NCBI GenBank assembly: GCA_012295275.1
Contig: CM022677.1
Location: 372,001-436,000, forward strand
DNA: 64,000 nucleotides
From: Chrysomallon squamiferum
Lineage: Eukaryota > Animalia > Mollusca
Direction: 5' to 3'
Shown: positions 30,292 to 42,849 of the stretch, one piece after another
Layout: every line of letters starts with the position of its first letter
How positions within the stretch are numbered: the first letter of the stretch is position 1
Made by a program: the position numbers and the translations under genes
The notes under the pieces: model-generated
Told to the model about the DNA's origin: nothing
Seen by the model: only the letters and a program-made list of their open reading frames with translations
Databases searched by the model: none

Positions 30292-31949
30292 CTTTCTTTT
30301 CAACTTCTCCCTGTCATCATTGATATATTCAATATGGCTACATAGCTGTGTAAGTCCTGTCTGCCTATCTGTTCTTGTAGAACTGACTTTCATCGTTGTC
30401 TTTTTCTACGTCTTCTCTGAGACGTTGAACGACGTTGCGATCAACATCGTGGAGAGGAAAGTCTTTTCTTTCTGCAATGGCTGACTCCAGTTCTGTGACA
30501 ACTCTGGAAAATTCTGCGTTTATTTCATTACCTATTTCTAAAACATCCAAACAAAACAAACAAAAAAACCATTTATAATTATTCTCAGTTTTAATGTTGT
30601 GTATACGTTATTTAGTAATTAAAGAAAAAAAACACATGAACAAATTTTAATTTTATTTGTAAATTTAATTCTATTTTTCTCTTCTGATCAAATTAACTGA
30701 TTGAAAAAATATCTCATATATAATATAAAAATATATTTATTTGGAACTTTTCTTTTTAATTCCTTCATTCCTTCTCACAGTATGAAAATGAGAAAAATAT
30801 CAAATTTTAATTATATATTTATTTGTTAATTTCTTTTTAATGCCTTCTAGCAGTAAGAAAACGAGAAAAAAGTTATTATAATTTAATATTTCAAAAAATT
30901 CAACAAATTTTAATATTTGCTATTTATATAATACATTAAAATTAAAATTAATAAACTTTTAAAACAATTGGACATCTATCTGAAACAGCCAAAACTGTAC
31001 AGTTAAAAAAATAAATATAAAAGTAAATGATTACCAGGTCCCGCAGACTGGGAGCCATTTGCATTATTCTCGTTGATACTTCCTCCATCATCGCTTTTGT
31101 CCGATCATCTTCTTCTCTACACAGAAATGAAAAGAAAAAAAAAAACAAAAAAAAAACGTTCAAATGTCTTTACACTTTCTGGAATTTGGTATTTTCAACA
31201 AATTCCTAGAAATTATTTCTTAGTCTTTCATTAAACACAGTAAAGAACAGCAAGCTAATTTAATAAACACCACTGACCTGATGACATTAATCTGGTGTCT
31301 GTCTGTTTTCTTCATCAGCTCTGCAATGACATTCAGTGACGCGTTCCTCTAGAATCACTAAAATATTTAAAGTTTTGAATGGTTTTTGGATATAACAGTC
31401 TATAAGTAAATTAAAAAACATACAGACTAAATTCTCTTAGTATTCAAAATAACAACAGACATTTTTTTTTATGAATTTGAATTAGTATATACTGTATTTA
31501 TTGAACCTATGTATTCTTTGTTTTAGTGTCTGCTTAAGAAAACATCATCAATAAATAATCAAATAAATACATAAATAACCAAATAAGGCAGAATGTAAAT
31601 ATATAATAATACAAAATTTAAATTTAAATTTGGTCATCAGATTAACGTAAATATTTTTTAAATCTTTTCCAGAAAGATAGCCTGAGTAGCTTTAAGTCAT
31701 CACCAAGAGTTAGTGCCAGACATGTTATTTTCTAGTCGGGCTATATTCTTATTACTGTTACCAGAATAACAACATTAAAAGTCAGGTGGAGATTTAGTTT
31801 CATGCTAATGCTAGGACAAAAAAATCATTTGTTACCTGACATTTAGTCACTTGTTTTTCTAACTGATCTCTTTCAGCTATTATATGTGCCAACCTGTTGT
31901 TCAGCTCGATTATCTCCCATTTCAGAGAGGTCTAGGCCGCCTGGTCTAG
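30292..31949 (-). pseudogene. MCC: Intron-containing pseudogene fragment of an MCC (colorectal mutant cancer protein)-like coiled-coil gene
   Basis: Exon 31949-31836 reads LDQAA*TSLKWEIIELNNRLAHIIAERDQLEKQVTKCQ. Exon ~31348-31278 reads ERVTE/VIAELMKKTDRHQINVIR with a frameshift and splices to EEDD (~31117-31036). A further exon lies at 30537-30292. These match my recollection of vertebrate MCC (SLKGDIVELNKRL..ERDLLEKKL; EERITELHSVIAELNKKIDRLQGTTIREEDE). Stops and frameshifts are present. Confidence 0.8.
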
Positions 31950-32094
31950 CTGGGAAAGAAAAGAAAGAATTTTAAATTATTACATTTTGCAACCAAATTA
32001 AAACATGTTGTTTGTGAATTTTTGTGATTCAATCTGTTTTATCATTCCTAAAGCCAATTAATGAAAAAAATATCGATAATGAAAACAATAATAA

Positions 32095-32150
<56 letters not shown>

Positions 32151-32333
32151 TAATAATAACAATAATATCACAAATAGTGATAATAAACTAAATATTTAAA
32201 AATAAAATAAAATATTAAAATATGCTATTCATTTCAACTTTCAGATACGAATATAATATATATATATATAGAACACAAATACATACATACATATTTATAT
32301 AAGTTGTTACTCCTCTTGTTACGTTAAAACGCA

Positions 32334-32364
<31 letters not shown>

Positions 32365-32704
32365 GTGTGAAAGTGATTTGTATTGTAATCTATTTTATAA
32401 AACTCAGCTATAAATACTACTTGCTATTATTTTTATTAGTTATTACAGCTACTTCTACTATTTGCTACTTAGAGTAACTGTAATTAATCATGTACGAGCA
32501 GTATGTCAGTAAGGAACAAAACATATAAATAATCAGAATAAAATAAAATGTGAATGCAATTAAATAAAACAACAAAAGAACGATCGTCAATATAGTGTTA
32601 TTTATTATTACAAAAAATCTGCTAAATTACTCAAAAAAATTAAAGTCGAGTCTTGTGACAAGTTTCTATGTCGTATTGTTTACTAATTTATTTTCGATTA
32701 TCTG

Positions 32705-32904
32705 NNNNNNNNNNNNNNNNNNNNNNNNNNNNNNNNNNNNNNNNNNNNNNNNNNNNNNNNNNNNNNNNNNNNNNNNNNNNNNNNNNNNNNNNNNNNNNNN
32801 NNNNNNNNNNNNNNNNNNNNNNNNNNNNNNNNNNNNNNNNNNNNNNNNNNNNNNNNNNNNNNNNNNNNNNNNNNNNNNNNNNNNNNNNNNNNNNNNNNNN
32901 NNNN
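32705..32904. other. Assembly gap (200 N)
   Basis: Run of N. Confidence 1.
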
Positions 32905-35095
32905 TTCAATTTTCTTTATTGCTTTATCTGTTGAAGTTAGAATATTTCGTTTCGACCTTGCATACTGTTCACAATATTAAGTTGACCAAATATTTCCGTT
33001 AAATATTCCATTTTGGCCATCCAAAATTCACATCGAAGATATTTACAAAATCTTTCGTGCTTTTCTTTATCAAAAAATACTATTAATTCCTTCTGTAATT
33101 CATGAACGCGAGTTAACACTTTACCTTTTGACAGCCATCGAACGTCGGTATGCATGAGTAAGCGAACATGTTGAGAATCCATTGAACATGTTGAGAATTG
33201 ACAATTTCAACTACTTGATGTAACACTTGCTTCAAATCTTCTTGTGATACTTTTGAAACTAAAACTTCTCTTTGTAAAAAGCAATGAGTACGAACAAGAT
33301 TTGGATTTTCTTTCTGTGCTAGTGTTGCAAAACCTTTAATGCAGCCTACCATACATGGTGCACCATCAGTACAAATACCAACACAAAACTTCCACGTCAA
33401 ATTCATTTTTTTATGATAGCCAGTTATCATATCAAAAATATCTTGACCTCTAGTAGTTGTTGGCATTTCTTTACAACACAAAAACTGATTGATTATTTCA
33501 TCGTCATTAATGAAACGAACAAATACAAGCAATTGAGCACTGTTACTGATATCGGTGGGTTCATCAACTATTAAAGCAAATTTAGATCCTTCAAGTTTTT
33601 TCTGAACATTAGTTTCAATGTTTTCAGATAAATCTACAATTCTCCTGTGTATTGTATCATTTGAAAGCGGAATTTTACTAATTTCTTTTTCTGCTGTTTC
33701 GCCTAACATGGATTTCACCATCTTTTTACAAGCGGGAAGGATAACTGACTCAGCAAGAGTGTGGGATTTGGATTTCATTGCTATTATTTCAGCTACCTCA
33801 AGTGAAGCGAGTTGAGCCCGTTCAGACACGGTCATTGTTTTCTGAAAAACGTTGCTTTGATTGCTGTTGTAACAGTCTTTGAAAATAATTAAGATCTTTA
33901 TCTTGAAGGTACGAATGTTTAGTCGTGAAATGTCTTTGTAATTTATTTGGTACCATGGATTCATTGGCCATTTTTTCACCACAAACTATACATAATGGAC
34001 ATGGTTGAGCAACATCTCCTGACCAAGAAAATCCAAACTTCAAATAATCATCACAATACCGTCTATTATGGTGAACTTTTGCCTTTTTTGTGCTGGATTT
34101 TGTGGGCTTCATTGTATGTTCTGTTTCAACCTCACACCCGTCACTAACATCCTTCCTTTTAACAAATGTATCCATTGTGAAGGGGTATTCATAAGCAATT
34201 AACACGCGCGTACTCTAAACAACAACAGTAAACAACAGGCAGTGTTAAACTGATCCGTGTGTCAACGGTCAACCTCCTGTGTCAAACTGGAACATTAAGT
34301 AGTGTTCAAACATTTTTTCACTCAATCACCTTCTGAAATATATGGTAAAAACTAACCTTTATTCTACCAGTGCAATAACAAAAACTGAATATCCTTATTT
34401 AATTAATTCACCATATGATTTAACTCAAGTATTGCGAGCTAAAAACAATAGTTTGAAAGTACGTGAACAACACTGATTCTGAGCTAAACAAATTGAAAAA
34501 TATGCAAGCACAGAAAACAGCGTTCAGTTCTAGTTATGATTAGTCATAAACTAATTTAGTTTAAATTCATCTGTAATTTAGAGGTCAAAATTGAGTGTGC
34601 AGTACGAACGAGTTCGATGTAAGTAAATAGTAAACACTGTTAACTGAACAGATTTGCCCTGACGACAGATTTGCAAAGTCTGTTCTAACTAGTATAATTT
34701 CTTAACTAAATACACCTAGTTATCTACATCTCTTTACTAGTAAGTGTTTAAGAATGACAATAATTTAAAACACAACGAAGTTAATTCGGCAATCGGCATT
34801 ACGCACGCGCACACACGACCAGTGCGGAACAACACCACACACACAACCTATCACACTGACGTCTCATGGGCAACTGATCGACCTTGAGCGAAAGGTGCAA
34901 AGGTTGGTGGCCGCCACTGATTGGTGGACTTTGAATGTGTGCATATTCATTGGAGAAAGGAAGTTCTTCCTCCAAGGCATATTAGTAGAACATGAAACGG
35001 AGATTTATGCACATTGTCCGTGTTTTCATGTGTTCGTCACAAAGTTTCGCGACACACCTGAGGGAGCCTCGCGACACGGCGGTTGAGAATCACTG
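32905..35095 (-). mobile_element. hAT Buster/Charlie-type transposon (ZBED5/SCAND3-like transposase), degenerate, 3' part missing
   Basis: BED finger [38 protein letters not shown], then PLSNDTIHRRI, FALIVDE, ICTDGAPCM, THCFL and HTDVRWLSKG. 5' TIR on the minus strand is CAGTGATTCTCAACC (35095-35081). Frameshifts and a deletion are present. Confidence 0.93.
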
Positions 35096-35493
35096 CCCTA
35101 AGACGATCGCTTTAACGAACCGAGGTCTACTTATCTTTGTTGTTCTTATTGCGTGCGCTAAATAACGGTGACGATGGCGATAATAATAATAATAATAATA
35201 ATAAATGAAAAAAATAGTAAATAAAATAAAATATGTAAAACTTAAAATAAAAATATGACAAAAAAAAACAAATAAAAAAAAACATGAGGAAAAAAGAAAA
35301 AGAAAGAAAAAGAATTAAAAAAAAAATAAAAAATAAAAAAAATAAAAAAAGAAAAGAAAAGAAAAAGAAAGAAATTAAAAAAGAAAAATAAAGCGCTGGC
35401 AGTATTCGATCTTCTTGTTCTTCTTCTACTCAAAGAAAGAAAGAAAGCGCCATGCGTGTGTGTGTGTGTGTCTGTGCATCTACGTCATTTTAG

Positions 35494-36210
35494 GTATTAC
35501 TTGTGTATAAGTCGACTGTAGATTCCAGGCACCGTCACTATTTTTAGACCAGTGTGACAGTGCCACGAAGGCCTACATTGTACGCCTACTGTAACATAAC
35601 TTGCACGAACATACCATAATAACGTAAATGCATGTATTACACGAGCTATAGACTAAAGTATCATAAATAGTATTTCTTTAATGTAATAGTTCTAACATGG
35701 AGACCTAACTTACCGTTATATTTAGCCGTTCTATGATTTACAAAATTTGTCGGTAGTGGACATTAATGACGATTGCAATATTATTTCACCAAATTGTTTA
35801 CAATTAAACAAGTGAGTTTTGTTTATGAAATTAGGACCGATATTTAGTGCAATTTGGCAGAGAAGTCTGCATTCCTAGATCACTTCAAGACGCCGTAAGG
35901 CATAACGCCGTACTGACGGTTTTCTCGCTTTAAAATGTATTTTTATGTCATTAAACGGAAGAATATCAGGTTTTACATTCATATTTGGTTTTGTTATTTA
36001 ATTTTTCAAATTTTTTTATACGATAAAATTATATTTTTGAAAAGCTGAAAGACCGCGATTATTTTAGATGCATCCCGTAGCAAAAAATAGTCAAAATGGC
36101 GACTCTTCAGCAACAGCTACAAAAGCATTACCTATGTATAAGTCGACCCCCAAAATATTACCTTAATATAGTCTCCAAAAAATTCGACTTATACACAAGT
36201 ATATACGGTA
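35494..36210. mobile_element. Non-autonomous Tc1/mariner-group (Tc2/Kanga-like) MITE
   Basis: Right TIR TCGACTTATACACAAGTATATACGGTA (36184-36210). Degenerate left TIR GTATTACTTGTGTATAAGTCGA (35494-35515). Subterminal copy TGTATAAGTCGAC at ~36135. Confidence 0.75.
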
Positions 36211-37662
36211 CTTATTTTCTAAATGACTAAAAAAAAAAAAATAAATAAATAAAAAGGAAACATTGAAACTGAAATGCATTAATAATCGCGCCGTCGTGAT
36301 GTGCCAATTCAGTTTTACATTGGAAGACACCTTTTTCAAACCGACGGACGCACGCACGCACGCGCACACACACACATACAATACAGTACAATACATACAT
36401 ACATACTTACGCACGCACGCACGCACGGTCGCACAAAGATAAACACACGGTTCCCATGGCAGCGCTGAGATGAATGTTTGAAAACTGGGTCCCGGTACTC
36501 GCTACCGATGACAATTCCACCTTAAGCAGTGTGCATACACAGACACACGCACAAACACACACACACACACACACACACACATATGCAGGCGCGAGCTGAA
36601 ATAACATACGTACACACACAATCAGATATACACAACACGGTCACTCCAAAACAAAATAATAATAATAAATAAACAAAGAAAAAACGAAAAAAAGAAAAGA
36701 AATATAAATAAAGAAATAAAGAAATAAATATTAAGAAAAAAATAATTAAAAAAAATATATATATATATGACGAGAGAAAAGGAAAAAAGACATCGGGTTT
36801 CATCCGTCCACTGTCACCGCATTCATTTCCTTACACGGCTTATCTCCCTCTAATAATTCTCGTTTCGTGTAGTCGTCGAAATTACCAGAGAAAAATAATC
36901 TCTAAATTCGATGCAAAGTTGTGTGCTTGATTTCAAAAATCATTCTATATGGATTTAGTTTGAACTTGGTGCTGCCAAAAAGTTGTTGTGTTTTTTTTGT
37001 TGTTTTTTTCAATACGTTTAATAAATGAGTTAGTTTTGCTGCAGTGAACAAAAAAAGGCATGCAAGACTGAGTCCACGGCACTGACGCACACAGGCACAC
37101 TGTCTGCGGAGTGGGCTCGATCTTCCATTCGTAAAGATGTTTTCTGACTAACTGCAACAACAACAACAACGTGTCTGATCATTTTATAAATTAAATCGAA
37201 ATCGTCGTTATTTTCAATTAAGACAGAATTTAATGTCTGCCACACATTTTTACAAATTTATGGTTTCAGTGAAAACAATTTCCCCATCTATTTATTTTTT
37301 TAATTTTAATTTTTTTATTTATTTATTTATTTTTTTCGTTATATTCATTCGAAACAATAAACACTAAATACAAATGACAACAACAATACAAACATGCACG
37401 AATATATATTATATCATAAAACAAGCAGAAACAGCTTACTGAACATAAAATAATGTTTAATATTCAAAGAGAACGTGGTCAATTGTAAATGGGTAGGTTA
37501 TTCGTGAATAAATGAGGCAACTGGCGAATTGTCCTGAAAATTAAAAATTAAAACAAAAGAAAGAAAGAAAAAAAAACAAGAACAAAAAAAAGACGAACCG
37601 ACGTCTATTTATCTTCGTTCTTCTTATTGCGTGCGCTGAATAACGACAACGATAACGATGGC

Positions 37663-37706
<44 letters not shown>

Positions 37707-37969
37707 TGATGATGATGATGATAATAAAATCGAAATGAAAATACATTAATTATCGCGCCGTCGTGATCTCGCAATTGAATTTTACTTTGGAAGATACCTT
37801 TTTCGAACCGGCACGCGCACACACGCACACGCACACACACAGGCGCGTTCTGAAATAACAAACATACGTACACACACAATCAGACATACACAACACGGTC
37901 ACTCCAAAACCTGCGCCCACGCACAACTCGCTACCGATGTCAATTGGCTCTTGCTGTTGCTGTTAAAAT

Positions 37970-38009
<40 letters not shown>

Positions 38010-38105
38010 AACGAAGAAAGTAAGAAAGAAAGTAAGAAAGTAAGAAAGAAAGTGAGAAAGAAAGAAACAAACAAAGAAAAGAAAAGAAAAGAAAAGAAAG
38101 AGGCG

Positions 38106-38224
38106 CGTCTACGGCACTCGGTGTTCCCAGGCGGTCACCCATCCAAGTACTGTCCGAGCCCTGCGTTTCTTAACTTCGGTGATTGGACGAGAACCGGTGT
38201 TTTCAACGTGGTGTGGCCGTAGAC
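38106..38224 (-). rRNA. 5S_rRNA: 5S rRNA gene (two internal substitutions, one next to box A)
   Basis: Reverse complement of 5S. GTCCAATCACC and TTAAGAAACG differ from GTCCGATCACC and TTAAGCAACG in the other copies. Confidence 0.9.
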
Positions 38225-38372
38225 GATCGCTTTAACGAACCGAGGTCTATTTATCTTTGTTGTTCTTATTGCGTGCGCTAAATAACGATGACGATGGCAA
38301 TACTACTACTACTACTACTACTACTACTAATAATAATAATAATAATAACAATTATAATAACTAGTAGTAGTC

Positions 38373-38415
<43 letters not shown>

Positions 38416-38494
38416 CGGTAATGATAATAATACAAAGGTTTCGTACTTATCCTGTGTTCACGAGTCATTTTGCACGAAATTAGCCTTATTGCTG

Positions 38495-38526
<32 letters not shown>

Positions 38527-39362
38527 GCTGCTGCTGCTGTTGTTGTTGTTGTTGTGAACAGCATTTCGTCTTTCGTGGTGATGGACTTTAAAGTGTCACT
38601 GTCAATAATTTTTTTATTTTTTTTTATTCTTAATTTTTGTGCAGTCTTTAAGGCGAAATTGACATCGGTAGCGAGTACCGAGACCCAGTTTTCTAACGTT
38701 CATCTCACCGTTGCCATGGGAACCGATCTCAGCTCAGCTCCGTTCGGCTACACTCGGGTAGGGTCGGGTCGGGTCAGGTCGGGTCGGGTCGACTGCACTC
38801 CACTCGATGGACGAGAAAAAAAGAAAAAAGCCGTCGGGCTTCATCCGTCCACTGCCTATTATTATTACTGTTGTTGTTGTTGTTGCTGCTGCTGTTGCTG
38901 TTGTTTTTATTATCATTATCATCATCATTATTATTATTATTGTTATTATTATTATTATTCTCATCCTTATTATTATTATTAATAGTTTTTGTTTGTTTGT
39001 TTGTTTGTTTGTTTATTTATTTATATATTTACATAATTATTTTCTAAATGACTAAAAAAAAAAATAAATAAATAAATAAAAAGGAAACATTGAAATTGAA
39101 ATGCCTTAATAATCGCGCCATCGTGATGTGCCAATTCAGTTTCACATTGGAACACACCTTTTTCGAACTGACGCACGCACGCACACACACAATACAATAC
39201 AATACAATACATACATACATACTTACGAACGCACGCACGCACGCACGAACGCAGACACGGTCGCACAAACATAAACACACGGTTCCCATGGTAGCGCTGA
39301 AATGAATGTTTGAAAACTGGGTCCCGGTACTCGCTACCGATGACAATTTCACCTTAAGCAGT

Positions 39363-39396
<34 letters not shown>

Positions 39397-39607
39397 CACA
39401 AAGGAAAAAAACACACAAAAAAAAAAAAAAAGAATAAATAAACAAACAAACAAAAAATAAATAAATAAATAAATAAATAAAATAAAATAAAATAAAATAA
39501 AATAAAATAAAATAAAAAAATAAAAAAAAATAAAAGGAAAACATGAGAAAAAGAAATAGTAAAAAAGAAAATAATAAAAGAAAATAAAATAAATAAAATT
39601 CAACAAA

Positions 39608-39658
<51 letters not shown>

Positions 39659-39751
39659 AATAAATAAACAAATAAATAAATAAATAAATAAATTAATTAA
39701 TTAATTAAATAAGTAAATAAATAAATGAATGTATAAATAAAAAAATAAAAC

Positions 39752-39799
<48 letters not shown>

Positions 39800-39949
39800 T
39801 AACAATAACAATAACAATAACAACAACAATAACAATAACAATAACAACAACTCCGGACTGATCAAACCCGAAGGTATTTCCCTTCCTCCCGTACGCCGAG
39901 CCGAGTGCGTGCTGAGCGGGGCGAACAGGTAAGGAAATAACAACAATAA

Positions 39950-40942
39950 AGTTCCGTGATCTCAATACAATCCGGAAGTTCCAGCAGACCAGACCTGCTC
40001 AGCAAAATACAACAACTACACGAGGACATACAACACAACAAGAAAGAACTAACCATGGAGTGGCTCCCAGCACACGTCGGCATCATCGGCAACGAACTTG
40101 CCGACCACTACGCCAAAGAGTCACTCAGCATTAAAGACGAAGACATCTGCACAGACATACATTACGGAATAAACGAAATTGTCTCCCTCGCTGTCAAACA
40201 TTACGACAAACAATGGCAAAACGAATGGAACAACACCAAAAACAAATGGCACTTAAACATCAAACCATTCGCCAAAACACCCAAAATCACACTCGCCAAC
40301 AAACTACACAACAACAATCTCACCAAACCCAGAATTGGTTACTCAACCAATGTAAACGCAATTCGATACAAACATAACATCACCACATCACCCAACTGCA
40401 GTTGTGGACTCTCAGAAACCATGAAACACTACTTGTTTCACTGTCCAAATTTTGCCAAGGAAAGACAAGCACTACGCAATACACTGGAGGAACTAAAAAT
40501 CGAGTTCACGCTCCAACACATCCTGGCACCAAACGTGAAAGACAGACAGTTAGTCCTCGCTGCAGTAACAAATTACATTCTCAACACAAAACACAAACTT
40601 TAAACTTTTTTTTTTTAAACAGAAAAAGAAACAACAACAGCAGCGAAGAGCAGAACAACCAGGACGGCAAACAACACGGACCCGGTGATGGCTGAGAGAT
40701 TGTGCCGGAGACCACAGGGGGCGAATTGCGTCTGCGAAACATCGGTACCGACTCGTCACGATCCGATATGCTGGACACTCCCTTGTGTCCTGCAATCGTG
40801 GCGAGAACCAATTCTTTTCCCTACCCAAAACTCTTTTCTGCGATGGACACGCCCGTTGGCCTATCAGAAAGCGTGCCCGTCGCAGACGTGCTTCACAACA
40901 ACTAGCTCTGATTAGCACGTTAATTTTTGTCCATTCCATTCC
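39950..40942 (+). mobile_element. LINE family A, complete 3' end (RNase H C-terminal half, CCHC, structured 3' UTR, CCATT tail)
   Basis: EWLPAHVGIIGNELADHYAK and CSCGLSETMKHYLFHC; stop at 40603. Ends GCACGTTAATTTTTGTCCATTCCATTCC, followed by TSD TTTGAACGAGATC (40943-40955). Confidence 0.93.
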
Positions 40943-42780
40943 TTTGAACGAGATCTCTTTGATCAGTGCCATTCTTGAGAGTCTTTGTCTGCACAAGACA
41001 AAGGAAAACGCAGACAATGGTAATTATGTTTTAATGCTTTGTATATGTAACATACATCTTGAATGATTGATGATAGCTAAATCTATTACAGTTGAAATTT
41101 TCATAGTGTTATTCTGTACTTACATTTATAAAAACAAAGATAACGTATTTTAATAATTAAAAGATTATTTAGAAAGATCAAGTAACCAACTGGGCTGAAT
41201 TAGTTTTGTATTATTTGTCAACGCTATTTGCTTTGATAACGTATCGTGGAATCGTACGATTTAACTATGTAACTATATATTACCCTTGAGGATTAATTTG
41301 TGTAAACAGCATATATATATGTATATTATATAAAACAATTATCCATACTGGTTTCGTGTTTGTGTTATTGTTCTCTTGTGGATACAGAATAGTCATTTAA
41401 TAGTTAAGCTGTCTGAGATAATTAACATCTTGTCACGTGATGCTATTATAGTCTGCTGTCCTTTCAGGTAGTAATACCACTCAGACTAGTCACATGACAT
41501 ATGACACTACCTAAAATCCTTTAAGTTAGCATCTCAGAAAACTTATCACCCAACTCCTTGTGATGCCAAAATTAACTGAGAGTTTCTGTCAATATCATAA
41601 AGAGAATGGACTGTAATTAAGATTAAAAAAGAACAAATCACAACATAATGAACGTTTGTAATATTATGTAAAATGTTTCAATTTCAATATCGTTGTCGGA
41701 AAGTTTAAGGAGTTGTCTATTCTTGTTTTGATAGGGTGTAATGTGCAATTAACCTGTGTCAATAACATTTTAATATATAATAAAATTTAAGGTTTTAGTC
41801 TGTCCTCCGTGCAGATTCTTATTTTGTCTTGGTTCCCTTTATAACCTTACTCGTATCATTAATCAAAATGATTTAAACGTATGTTTTATAATGTATTATT
41901 ATCAAGTCACCTGTATATCATAATTAAATAATTAATGTAAACGTTAACTTGTATAGTGGATAGGTAGACTTACTGATTTATATAGTTTGCTGTCATTTTA
42001 GCGTTTATATTCCTTGTTAGGTGGCCATTAAAGCACCTTGTTACCGTACACTGAGCCTTAATAAAACATCCAAGGTGTTTAAAGGTGTGAGCCCCGTGAC
42101 AGTCGTCTCTTTATAACACTCCACAGTGAACCATCATAACACATTTCTGAACAGCAGTATTTAAACATACTCTAATTAATACGCATTGTAAAATTACCCA
42201 ATTTATACCATCAGCCAGTTTCATTCATCTGCAGTCATAAAGCAAACCAGTTTTCATTTTGTGTCGTATTTCATCAGTAAAGATTGTATTTTCTATGCAG
42301 CTATATTTAAAAAAAAACTAAAATAAAAATATCTTTCACTGCTATTCAGCTTGGTACGGTGTGACAACCTCATTAGTGCCTCTTTGGCAGACTTGTTTTT
42401 AACTATAAATTTGTTTTCTTTGTAGTGAATTATAGAATATTCACTAAATCTTTATTTTTATATGCCCCTTAAAGCAGAATGTCTGCTACATTTTATCTTA
42501 AATATCTTATTATATTCCGATAATATTTATTTAGTTATCTTGTATAATCATGTTTATAATTTATATTTTTACAGTCCTTAACTCTTTACATAATTAATGA
42601 CAGAAAATAGGGTTAAATACACAAAAACTAAATAGCAGAGCGTATGCAGATGTACACGGGCTATTAAGAAGCTGTTTTATATAATTAGGGGAAGTTCCAT
42701 TATTTTATAAACTAAGAAACACTGGGGTTTAAGTAACTGAAGATTGGTATTAAAAGCTTCAAAGTAAATTCAGAAAGGCT

Positions 42781-42849
42781 ATCTGCAGAGCTGTAGCTAT
42801 TGGTGTATAAGTAGCGGCACACGTTTTGAACGAACTCTCTTTGATCAGT
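42781..42849 (+). promoter_or_regulatory. TATA-like promoter and LINE target site, copy 2 (occupied by LINE B)
   Basis: ATTGG at 42799, TATAAGTA at 42806 and Inr-like TCAGT at 42845. LINE B starts at 42850. Function is inferred from motifs. Confidence 0.55.

Larger units (their letters stand above)
35101..39950 (-). repeat. 5S-bearing modular cassette region, inverted and rearranged, containing a MITE
   Basis: Reverse complement of blocks in 12390-16140 and 24190-27735. Confidence 0.88.

Noticed and set aside
32595-33002. ORFs containing X runs
   Set aside because: They span the N gap.
38628-38800. snRNA or SL RNA gene linked to 5S (Sm-like AATTTTTG)
   Set aside because: No U1/U2/U4/U5/U6 hallmark sequences were recognised. 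The Sm-like run is at the T-rich edge of the module and varies between copies. An Rfam scan would be needed to exclude it fully.
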